From positions 1 through 64,000 of IMG/VR virus record IMGVR_UViG_3300028115_001816: a DNA stretch of 64,000 nucleotides, one strand, 5' to 3'. Position numbers and translations under genes: made by a program. Origin of the DNA: a virus. Below the pieces are notes generated by a model, which did not search any database, was not told the DNA's origin, and saw only the letters and a program-made list of their open reading frames with translations. Position 1 is the first letter of the stretch; each line of letters begins with the position of its first letter. Positions 1 through 8,082 of this stretch are shown here, piece by piece.

Positions 1-403
1 TAAGAATGCCTTTTTGATGTACTCTTACTCTAATGTGCCCATTGTACCAGTCATCTGATTCCAGTACTTTATATCTGAATTGTTCTCTTGCTTCTATATA
101 AGATAGTTCTGCTTTACTTGAACAGAAATATAATATCTTACGTTTGAATTTATCTTTGCCTAATGTTTCGACGTCTTGTGTAAGTTCGTCTGATGAGCCA
201 TAATAATCACGCCAATCACTTTCTACTAGTGTACGACGTTTGTTTTTTCTGCCTTTGAGGGGAGGTTTAGTCTTCTTAAATTGAGCCAGTTTTTTACCAA
301 TATATTTTTTGTCGTTTGTAGTATTTGTTATCAAATATACAAAACCAATCATGCCTTCTGGTATTTCTTTAACGATTTTGTTTTTGTAATACCAGTTTTG
401 CAT
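1..403 (-). CDS. GIY-YIG endonuclease (T4 EndoII/Seg-like), 3' end runs off window
   Basis: Not in ORF track. Hand translation from ATG at 403: MQNWYYKNKIVKEIPEGMIGFVYLITNTTNDKKYIGKK...ESDWRDYYGSS...YNGHI; GFVY-x10-YIG is a GIY-YIG motif. Confidence 0.8.
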   Translation of the reverse strand, partial: MQNWYYKNKIVKEIPEGMIGFVYLITNTTNDKKYIGKKLAQFKKTKPPLKGRKNKRRTLVESDWRDYYGSSDELTQDVETLGKDKFKRKILYFCSSKAELSYIEAREQFRYKVLESDDWYNGHIRVRVHQKGIL

Positions 404-425
404 GTTATCTTGTATATATCTTTCT

Positions 426-599
426 TTACATATTATTCTTTTTATCTTGGATTTCTGCACGCCTTGCTTTTGCAAGTTTGCCTAATTCGCCTAATGCTTT
501 TCTTGCACGAGCCGCAGCTGCTTTCACACCCTTAGTTTCAAATGATTCTGATTCCTTTAGGTATGCTTCATATGCTTCTATAATTTTTTCGTGTGACAT
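426..599 (-). CDS. Small basic histone H1-like (Hc1-type) DNA-binding protein, 57 aa
   Basis: Not in ORF track. MSHEKIIEAYEAYLKESESFETKGVKAAAARARKALGELGKLAKARRAEIQDKKNNM; GGAG RBS upstream; KGxKAAxxRARK resembles Hc1/HctA. Confidence 0.7.
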   Translation of the reverse strand: MSHEKIIEAYEAYLKESESFETKGVKAAAARARKALGELGKLAKARRAEIQDKKNNM

Positions 600-609
600 T
601 TTTTGTCTC

Positions 610-1503
610 CTATTTTAATTGTATCTCTTGTTTCCATTGAGACCGTTTATTTAAAGTTTTACCACAACTTCTTTTACAAACATAGAATGGATTGTTATTG
701 TCCAATCTGACTTGATATTCGTTCATCAGTTGTTCTGGTAAATGTTGAAGTATATCCTTATTACGTTCTTTATTTGTATAATATACTTCAGCAATATGAC
801 AACAAGGAAATTCCTGACCTTTGTAATCTACATAGGTAGATTTTTCATTATTACGTTCACATTGTATACTTGTTATATTATCATAGTCAATATAATTATA
901 ATTATTTACTGGTTTTATATGGTCAAATTGAAAAATATCCCATCTATCTGTTTCTTTACTACGAAACCATGTAAATCCCATGTCATTAGCAAGTTGTTTA
1001 CATTCTTCTACTTGGTGTTTGTTATGGTCAAATACTAACATATCCCAATGAGCACTTGCTCCTGCATCTATGTATGCTTTTGCATTTTCCATAATCTTTT
1101 TAAATTGTACACCTACTCTATAGATATGATTTGTATCTTCTAATCCATCTATACTAAACACAACATAGTCATAAACACCTGTAAGTAAGTTTGCACATTC
1201 ACGCCACCATTTTGGATTTCTTATACTACCATTAGTGTTTATACCAATTACTGTATCTGGCCGTATTTCTTTTACCCATTTTATTTTGTCTAGTAATTTT
1301 ATATCTGCACAAGGGTCGCCTACAGTGCCACAAAAGAATATTTTTTCTAATGTTTTTATATTTTTAGTTACATGTAATTTAAAATCATATATGTCAAGAT
1401 CAGCAAGACTAACTATACAACCTTCGCCATTTGTATTTCTTGCACACATAGGACAGGCGGCATTACATTTACTAGTAGGTTCAAAATGTAATATTTTTAC
1501 CAT
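610..1503 (-). CDS. Radical SAM protein with C-terminal twitch/SPASM-like Cys motif
   Basis: CNAACPMC (CxxxCxxC), GTVGDP, INTNGS, FSIDG; C-terminal C..FPCC..CKRSC. Confidence 0.85.
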   Translation of the reverse strand: MVKILHFEPTSKCNAACPMCARNTNGEGCIVSLADLDIYDFKLHVTKNIKTLEKIFFCGTVGDPCADIKLLDKIKWVKEIRPDTVIGINTNGSIRNPKWWRECANLLTGVYDYVVFSIDGLEDTNHIYRVGVQFKKIMENAKAYIDAGASAHWDMLVFDHNKHQVEECKQLANDMGFTWFRSKETDRWDIFQFDHIKPVNNYNYIDYDNITSIQCERNNEKSTYVDYKGQEFPCCHIAEVYYTNKERNKDILQHLPEQLMNEYQVRLDNNNPFYVCKRSCGKTLNKRSQWKQEIQLK

Positions 1504-2528
1504 TCTGTAACATGTTCCCGATCAAAAAGTTTTGCTTTTATGCATTTAGTTTTACATTCTAAATTATCAAACTTTTTAAATTCACCTTGCCACCAGTCAT
1601 CTGCTAGTATTTCATCTAGTGTATTGTTATATAAATTAAATTTTGTTTCAGCAAGTTTATTCCATTTTTCATTGTGTGGATAACGTAGAGCAGTCCAGCA
1701 ACAAGGATAAAATTCGCCAGTTGCTTTCAGGAATACACCTTTATTGCCTATATAGCAAAGTGCTGGATATTCTGTACTATTTTGCAATTCTTTTGCACGT
1801 TGCCAGAATGTTTCTTTTAAGTCTGCACCAGGACGTTGTTTTGCAGTAATATAATTTTGTTCTCGTTCAAATCTATGCCCACTAGCAATAAGTTTTTTGT
1901 CTAATGGTTGTAATAAATCATCATTGCCATATGCATCTGGATATGTACTACCAAATTTTGTACTTTTAGTAAGTTGCCAACAATCAAAATTATAGTCATA
2001 TGCAAGTTTTACTATTTTTTTTAAATCTGTTTCGTTAAATCTAAAAGCAATTGTTGCAATTACTGTATATGTAGTTTTATTGTATTTTCTAAAAGTTACT
2101 ATACCATCAATAATACTGTTCCAGTCACAGTTTATCCTATATTTACTGTTACTATCTTGGTCCCATCCATCTAAACTCCAGTGTATTTCATCATACTCGT
2201 TGCAGTATGAAGCAAGTTTTTGCCACCAGTCTAAAGTTTTGTAACTTCCATTTGTTATTATTAATAATTGAATGCTAGGATTTATATTTTTAATCCATTC
2301 TACAATTTCTAAAAACTGTTTTGCATATATTGGGTCGCCATCATCTCCACAAAAACTTATTTTGCGTATCTTTTTTATTTGTGATTCGCCTATCTGATTA
2401 CGGAAGAAGTCCAATGTAAGTTGACGATTAAGTAGTGTTTCTGGTATTTCTGCTCTAGTGCATCTAGGGCATTTTAGTGTACATATACTGCTTACTTCTA
2501 TATGCCAATGATCTAGTGCTATGTTCAT
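1497..2528 (-). CDS. Radical SAM protein with C-terminal twitch/SPASM-like Cys motif
   Basis: CTLKCPRC, GDDGDP, ITNGS, WSLDG; C-terminal C..YPCC..CKTKC; paralog of 610-1503. Confidence 0.85.
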   Translation of the reverse strand: MNIALDHWHIEVSSICTLKCPRCTRAEIPETLLNRQLTLDFFRNQIGESQIKKIRKISFCGDDGDPIYAKQFLEIVEWIKNINPSIQLLIITNGSYKTLDWWQKLASYCNEYDEIHWSLDGWDQDSNSKYRINCDWNSIIDGIVTFRKYNKTTYTVIATIAFRFNETDLKKIVKLAYDYNFDCWQLTKSTKFGSTYPDAYGNDDLLQPLDKKLIASGHRFEREQNYITAKQRPGADLKETFWQRAKELQNSTEYPALCYIGNKGVFLKATGEFYPCCWTALRYPHNEKWNKLAETKFNLYNNTLDEILADDWWQGEFKKFDNLECKTKCIKAKLFDREHVTEW

Positions 2529-4288
2529 GCAATTTCAACATCCGTATCGTAACTAGTAAAACCATTTTCTTTTATAACTTTAAGTACATTATTTACACGG
2601 CCAATTAGTTCATCTTTATGTGAAACTAACCACACACTCTTATTACGTTCTCTACTCATACGTTTTAGTACACCCATACTGTTTTCAACACCAGAGCTAT
2701 CCATACCACTGTCAACTAGTTCGTCTATGAATAATAAGTTAATTGGTTGATATAAACTTTCCCACACATCACGGAATGCCCAACTTAAACTTAATATTAG
2801 TCTGTTACGTTCACCTCTACTTAAATTATCAAAGTCTAAATCTCTACCTAGTTCTTGTATTTCTACAGTCAAGTCGTTTTGGAATACTACAGTATGTGGT
2901 AGTCCAATTGCATTTAAGTATTGATCTAGTCTTGTATTTAAGTATGACAAGTTTTGTTCTATGATTCTTTTACGTATAAAACTATCTTTGTTTGTTAGTA
3001 GTTTTAGTAAAAACTCTTGATGTTGTTGTACTCTTGTAAGTTCATTTATACTGTCCCAACTTATTTCCTGTACGGCAGTAGTTTCCATATCTGCAATTTG
3101 ATCAACATAAGGATCAATTTCATCTTGTTTAGTGTTAAGTTGAGACTCTAATGTAGATAAACTTGATCTGTGATTATGTGCATCATTTACACTGTCATAA
3201 AATGTTTTAGGTTTATCAGGTACAGTTTGTTTTTGTGTTTCTAGTTCGGCTATACCTTTTTCTAATTCTTGCAAAAAATTAGTTGCGTCATCAAATTCTT
3301 TTTGTGCTTTTTGTATTTGTTCTTTATGTGTTTCCAAGTGTGTAACACTCTGTTTACAACTACCACATATACCTTCATTTACATTATCTAATGCTTTTTT
3401 AGTACGATTACTATCACGTTCTGCTCTACTAATTTGTGCTTGTAGTGCTGATATATCTTTTGTTAGTTGTATTTGTGCATTGTTTAAGATATGCCAATCG
3501 TTTAGTTCAGTGTGTATTCTTAGTTCTTTATCGATATCTACGTGTGCTAGATCATCTATTGCAGTTTTTAGTTTGGATATATCTTCATCTTTTTTCTTTT
3601 GCCAAAGTGATTGTCTGCGTTTAAGAGCATCAACCTGTTCTGTAATTTTACTATTTGCATCTTCAACTGCTTTGATACGAAACTCTTCCTGTTGGATTTT
3701 GTTTTTAGTAGCACGTAATTGTTCTTTTAAGTTTTCTGCTTTTTCAGATAGTATAGTTATTCCTAATAACTGTTCTATTATAGCACGTTGATCGTTTTGT
3801 CGCATACTTAAGAAAGGTTCACTGTAGGTATTTAGAGCCAGTACATGTTTGAACATAGCATGACTCATACCCAACAAGTTTTCTATTGCTTTTTGTGTCT
3901 CTCTACTATCGCCCTGTGCATAATCATCTGCTTCTTGCTCATTGTTGTTTATATAAAACTTAAGAACATTACTTTTCCGGCCACGTTCAATTCTATATTG
4001 AACTCCGTCTTTTTCAAACTCAACAGTAACTAACATATTTTTGCCGTTAGTTTTGTTTATTAGATTGTCTTTACGAATGTTAGTTAGTGCATCACCATAT
4101 AATGCATAACTTAGTGCATTGATAATTGTAGTTTTGCCTGTACCATTTCTAGCACCAGCATCACCGCCACCTGTATCTAAGTTTTCACCCAGTACCAGTG
4201 TAAGATCATTACGATTAAAGTCGATCGCTTGTGTAGTATTTCCTACACTCATAAAGTTTTTTACTGTAAGAGTATCGATTTTAAAAAT
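2525..4288 (-). CDS. gp46: Recombination endonuclease ATPase subunit (gp46/SbcC/Rad50-like); start extended to ATT at 4288
   Basis: Walker A NGTGKTT, coiled coil with CGSC zinc hook, LSRGE signature, LLFIDE Walker B, SH. Upstream in-frame FKIDTLTVKNF restores the usual N-terminus. Confidence 0.93.
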   Translation of the reverse strand: MFKIDTLTVKNFMSVGNTTQAIDFNRNDLTLVLGENLDTGGGDAGARNGTGKTTIINALSYALYGDALTNIRKDNLINKTNGKNMLVTVEFEKDGVQYRIERGRKSNVLKFYINNNEQEADDYAQGDSRETQKAIENLLGMSHAMFKHVLALNTYSEPFLSMRQNDQRAIIEQLLGITILSEKAENLKEQLRATKNKIQQEEFRIKAVEDANSKITEQVDALKRRQSLWQKKKDEDISKLKTAIDDLAHVDIDKELRIHTELNDWHILNNAQIQLTKDISALQAQISRAERDSNRTKKALDNVNEGICGSCKQSVTHLETHKEQIQKAQKEFDDATNFLQELEKGIAELETQKQTVPDKPKTFYDSVNDAHNHRSSLSTLESQLNTKQDEIDPYVDQIADMETTAVQEISWDSINELTRVQQHQEFLLKLLTNKDSFIRKRIIEQNLSYLNTRLDQYLNAIGLPHTVVFQNDLTVEIQELGRDLDFDNLSRGERNRLILSLSWAFRDVWESLYQPINLLFIDELVDSGMDSSGVENSMGVLKRMSRERNKSVWLVSHKDELIGRVNNVLKVIKENGFTSYDTDVEIA

Positions 4289-4307
4289 GGTTAACTCCTG
4301 ATGAATT

Positions 4308-4994
4308 TTATATATTATAGTGATTTAGTATAGTAGTTGTCAAATTAAGTTCGTCTGTAAAAAATTTATTTGATTTTATTTTTACAATTGTTGTATTAAA
4401 TTCTTCGAATGTGTTTATGTATAAAAATTTACTAATAGTACTAGTGAACAAACTATCTAGATACATGCTTTTATCGCAATTACTATAGTGCCACAATTCA
4501 CATTGTTCAATTTTTAAAAAAGGCTCTAGTCCCATTTCATTCAACAAAGGCCTATTAATTGATACTCCAGCCCAGTCTACATCATCTACTATTAACACAC
4601 CATTAGGCAATAAGTGAGGCATTATATTAATGAAATCTTTTTTGACATCAGGTTCTTTATGACTGCCGTCTATTAAAATAAGATCAAATTTGTTAATTTT
4701 AGTAAAGTCAAAAGTTGTACTATCATGTTCGAAATCAGTACGTTTTTGTTTACCGTATATTTTGTAAAAAAGATCAGTATTCAGTTTTATATCTATACCA
4801 GTAATGTTTATGTCTGGGTTACATTCTAATATTAGACCACTAGTACTGCCTTGATATATTCCTATTTCTAAATAATCTTTAAATTGAAATTGCTTAAAAA
4901 AGTCCCACAATACTACTGCATCGGTAGTGCATCTCATCATAATGTCAAATTTATTATAATTTTTCCAGAATTTAGTTTGGGTAAATTTTTTCAT
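4308..4994 (-). CDS. Class I SAM-dependent methyltransferase (Methyltransf_24-like)
   Basis: YLEIGIYQGST, GIDI, FDLILIDGSH, LLPNGVLIVDD motifs. Confidence 0.8.
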   Translation of the reverse strand: MKKFTQTKFWKNYNKFDIMMRCTTDAVVLWDFFKQFQFKDYLEIGIYQGSTSGLILECNPDINITGIDIKLNTDLFYKIYGKQKRTDFEHDSTTFDFTKINKFDLILIDGSHKEPDVKKDFINIMPHLLPNGVLIVDDVDWAGVSINRPLLNEMGLEPFLKIEQCELWHYSNCDKSMYLDSLFTSTISKFLYINTFEEFNTTIVKIKSNKFFTDELNLTTTILNHYNI

Positions 4995-6005
4995 TTATAA
5001 GTTCCGATATATATCCAACATTAATTTACTATCATATTGTTTACTATCGATTTGTTGTAATTGACTTGTAACTATACTATCTACACTTTCGAAGTTTATT
5101 TCACCTTGTATCTGCATATCCATGTCTTCATTCTTTACTGGTATAAGACTCATTTCTCGCAAAGAGTATTCAGTCATGAACGTTTCTTTTATAAAATTCG
5201 CTTCTTCATAACTTATGTCTACATCTAAATTTACACGAGCATATGTTTTTGGGCTCAAATATTTTTCAGGACCTTCTAATAATTGACTAATTTTTAGTGT
5301 GCGATATTTAGGTTGATCAGGCCATGCAATAAATTGTTTTGTGCCATCCCAGTCTAGTATCATCATACCTCTTTCATCGTCCCATGCATCACTGTAGTTG
5401 TGTGGAAAAGCATTTCCTGTGTAAATTACATTATCACGTTCCTGTCTTTTGTGAAAATGTCCTGTAAAAACTGTACCACACCGTCCAAAGTCTGTATGAT
5501 TTAGTTCTCCATGGTCAGGCATTTGTACCATTGCGTTCATATAAAAGTGAGGAAGTTCAAAATGTCCAATTACATAATCAGCCTTTATCTTTTGCATTTG
5601 TTTGTGTTCGTCGCCTACTAACCAAGGTATAAATGCAACGCCATCAACTGTAGTAATATCGTTATAGAATTGAATATTTTCAAATTTTTTAATAAATGCA
5701 ATACTATTATAGTCACGTTTATCTCTGTAGTATTCATCATGATTGCCCGGTATGAAGTGTACGACATCAAAGTTTGTATTCAGTAACTCCAGTGCTTGTA
5801 AACTGTAATTCAGTGTAGCAACATTGATACTTGCACGTTGATGGTGCCAGTCACCCATAAAAATACAGGTATCTGCATTCTGTGCTTTTGCTTCAGCACA
5901 AAACCAAGTAACAAAATCAAGACAATCTTTATTGAATGTTTGACTGTTGCTTTTATTTCCAAAGTGAATATCCGTAAAGACGGCGGCCCGTTTGAATAAA
6001 CTCAT
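4995..6005 (-). CDS. gp47: Recombination endonuclease nuclease subunit (gp47/SbcD/Mre11-like)
   Basis: Metallophosphoesterase motifs DIHFG, GDWHH, GNHD, GHFE, GHFH; upstream of gp46. Confidence 0.93.
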   Translation of the reverse strand: MSLFKRAAVFTDIHFGNKSNSQTFNKDCLDFVTWFCAEAKAQNADTCIFMGDWHHQRASINVATLNYSLQALELLNTNFDVVHFIPGNHDEYYRDKRDYNSIAFIKKFENIQFYNDITTVDGVAFIPWLVGDEHKQMQKIKADYVIGHFELPHFYMNAMVQMPDHGELNHTDFGRCGTVFTGHFHKRQERDNVIYTGNAFPHNYSDAWDDERGMMILDWDGTKQFIAWPDQPKYRTLKISQLLEGPEKYLSPKTYARVNLDVDISYEEANFIKETFMTEYSLREMSLIPVKNEDMDMQIQGEINFESVDSIVTSQLQQIDSKQYDSKLMLDIYRNL

Positions 6006-6011
6006 GTACGT

Positions 6012-6039
6012 ATTATAGCATCTTATAGATTATTGTCAA
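6012..6039 (-). promoter_or_regulatory. Sigma70-type promoter for gp47 operon, extended -10, probably leaderless
   Basis: Minus strand TTGACA(6039-6034)-N16-TATAAT(6017-6012) with TGn, then 6 nt to ATG at 6005; no SD. Confidence 0.75.
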
Positions 6040-6851
6040 GTGATAGGTTCTGCACTTTTCGCCATTTCATTTTCGTTTTGTCTAGTATAACTTGGATTTA
6101 ACCCAGCACTTTCTAGTATATCATCTCTAATTGCTTGGTTTTTCTTTTCTAAGTTTAGTACACGAGTAAAACTATTTGTAATAGCGGCAGTATAGTAAGC
6201 AAATGGATTTTCACTCTTGCTTTCGTCAAATTGTAGTCCGATTTGCGTTAATTGTAATAATGCTTGACTACGCATCTCATCATTGTAGGTATAACCACGC
6301 CAGTTTGAACGTGTTCCGTAGCGTTCACACAGTTTCATATACATTCTAGCAAGTTTACTTGTAGTTTTGCCATGTGTTTTGCTAAATTGTCCGTTTTCTA
6401 GTCCACCTTCCCAATGACTTTTTCCAACTAATATTGTATTATCGTCATCATCTATTCTATAGTGTTGAAAAGGAGGAAAGTTACACTGTACATGATGGTC
6501 TGCAACTGTTTTTGGATTCTTTTTACGTCCTGGGTGTAGAGGAATATGATCGTGTGTCATAATTCTAAACACTACATCTTTTTTATTGATCTTTTTCCAA
6601 TCTACTGCAAAGTCTGCTTGCTTTACCTTAAGTCCTTCTGCTCTAGCTGCTTCGTAATTTTGTTTTTGTATACGATCTGCTTGGTTTCGTTTTGCTTGAG
6701 CAACTGTTCTTATGTTTATTTTTTCAATATTTGGTAAAATGATGTCATACACATCATCACCTTCAGCAACAAAACTGCTATATGTATTTTTACTTTTGTG
6801 TATTTCCTTTAACAAGTCACGATTGTTAAGGTAATTTTTACGTTTTATCAT
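6036..6851 (-). CDS. gp55: Late-transcription sigma factor (T4 gp55-like)
   Basis: NYLNNRDLLKEI and NWRGYTYNDEM..FDESKSENPFAYYT; gp55-gp47-gp46 order as in T4-like phages. Confidence 0.85.
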   Translation of the reverse strand: MIKRKNYLNNRDLLKEIHKSKNTYSSFVAEGDDVYDIILPNIEKINIRTVAQAKRNQADRIQKQNYEAARAEGLKVKQADFAVDWKKINKKDVVFRIMTHDHIPLHPGRKKNPKTVADHHVQCNFPPFQHYRIDDDDNTILVGKSHWEGGLENGQFSKTHGKTTSKLARMYMKLCERYGTRSNWRGYTYNDEMRSQALLQLTQIGLQFDESKSENPFAYYTAAITNSFTRVLNLEKKNQAIRDDILESAGLNPSYTRQNENEMAKSAEPIT

Positions 6852-6877
6852 ATATGGGATTCCTTTTATATACGTAT

Positions 6878-6907
6878 ATTATACAGCCTATAAATATACT
6901 TATGCAA
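6878..6907 (-). promoter_or_regulatory. Putative sigma70-type promoter for gp55
   Basis: Minus strand TTGCAT(6907-6902)-N18-TATAAT(6883-6878), AAGGA SD-like element before ATG 6851. Confidence 0.5.
6889..6896 (+). promoter_or_regulatory. T4-type late promoter TATAAATA
   Basis: Exact T4 late consensus about 35 nt upstream of first structural gene. Confidence 0.75.
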
Positions 6908-6930
6908 TATAAAAATAAGGATTTTTTTAA

Positions 6931-7779
6931 GTGTCATTTGATTTAGGACAAAAATTTACCCGTAAAGCGAAACAATTTACAGAAGATGCAGTCGGAAGAG
7001 CACTTCCGGGCAATGATCCTCTAAGTAAAGTTGGTCGTAATGTATTAGATGCTAGTGCGAATAGATTAATATCATCTGGGTTAAATTTTCTTAAAGATAA
7101 TAAATTTATAAATGATATCATTACTACTACTTTTCGAGACAATGATACACGAGTTAGATTATCACTTAGTCCGGACAGTGGTCCAATATTATATAAAAGT
7201 TTAAGTAATAGATTGTTAGAACCACTTTCAGACACAAATGGTGTATTATTTCCATATACCCCTACAATAAGTGTAAGCCATACTGCACAATATACTGGTA
7301 TGCATCCTACACATAGTAACTATGTTCAGCACAGTTACAATGCAAGTTCAGTAGATGCAATTAGTATAGACGGATATTTTACTGCGAATAATGCAGACGA
7401 AGCAAGATATGTTTTTGCAGTATTACATTTTTTACGAAGTGCTTACAAAATGTTTTTTGGTACAGATGCTAACAGAGGCACACCTCCTCCTGTGTTAAGA
7501 TTAAGTGGTTATGGGCCTTTCAATTACCATAGTGTGCCGGTAGTCCTAACAAATTTTACAGAAATAATGTCAGCTGATAGAGATTATATAGAAGTACCAC
7601 TTGCATCAGCACCTGATGCAGCAACAAAAACAATGATTCCAACTTATATGAATATGACTATGACACTAAGTCCAATATACACTAAACAACAAATATCTAA
7701 TTTTGGTTTAGATAGTTTTGCACGTGGTGATCTAATAGGAAGACCAGGTGGTGGAAGTCAAGGTGGAGGATTTTTATAA
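6931..7779 (+). CDS. Putative baseplate/tail-tube-associated protein
   Basis: GTG start with AAGGA SD; FPYTP and GTPPPVLRLSGYG motifs; first gene of baseplate block. Confidence 0.55.
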   Translation: MSFDLGQKFTRKAKQFTEDAVGRALPGNDPLSKVGRNVLDASANRLISSGLNFLKDNKFINDIITTTFRDNDTRVRLSLSPDSGPILYKSLSNRLLEPLSDTNGVLFPYTPTISVSHTAQYTGMHPTHSNYVQHSYNASSVDAISIDGYFTANNADEARYVFAVLHFLRSAYKMFFGTDANRGTPPPVLRLSGYGPFNYHSVPVVLTNFTEIMSADRDYIEVPLASAPDAATKTMIPTYMNMTMTLSPIYTKQQISNFGLDSFARGDLIGRPGGGSQGGGFL

Positions 7780-8081
7780 TGGCAGTTGAATACAGTAGCG
7801 ATAGCCCATATTCTGATACTAGTCAATATAGTTATTATTTAGATGTACTTACACCAAGAATTATTTTGCCCTATAAAGATGATGTTCTACATACACTTAC
7901 ACAAGTGCATCAATATAGACCAGATCTTTTAGCATATGATTTGTATGGAAACAACAATTTATGGTGGGTATTTCAAGCAAGAAATCCAAATGCTTTTGAG
8001 GATCCTATTTGGGATTTTCAAACAGGTGTAAAATTTTATCTACCTAAGAAAGAAACAATTGATACTGCGTTAGGAATTTAG
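7779..8081 (+). CDS. gp53: Baseplate wedge protein (gp53-like, LysM-type)
   Basis: YRPDLLAYDLYG..LWWVF..RNP motif; size and position. Confidence 0.75.
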   Translation: MAVEYSSDSPYSDTSQYSYYLDVLTPRIILPYKDDVLHTLTQVHQYRPDLLAYDLYGNNNLWWVFQARNPNAFEDPIWDFQTGVKFYLPKKETIDTALGI

Positions 8082-8082
8082 T

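Noticed and set aside
1-403. Mobile homing endonuclease
   Set aside because: Appears to be a short stand-alone GIY-YIG domain of EndoII type; no intron or DNA-binding extension visible, though the 3' end is outside the window.
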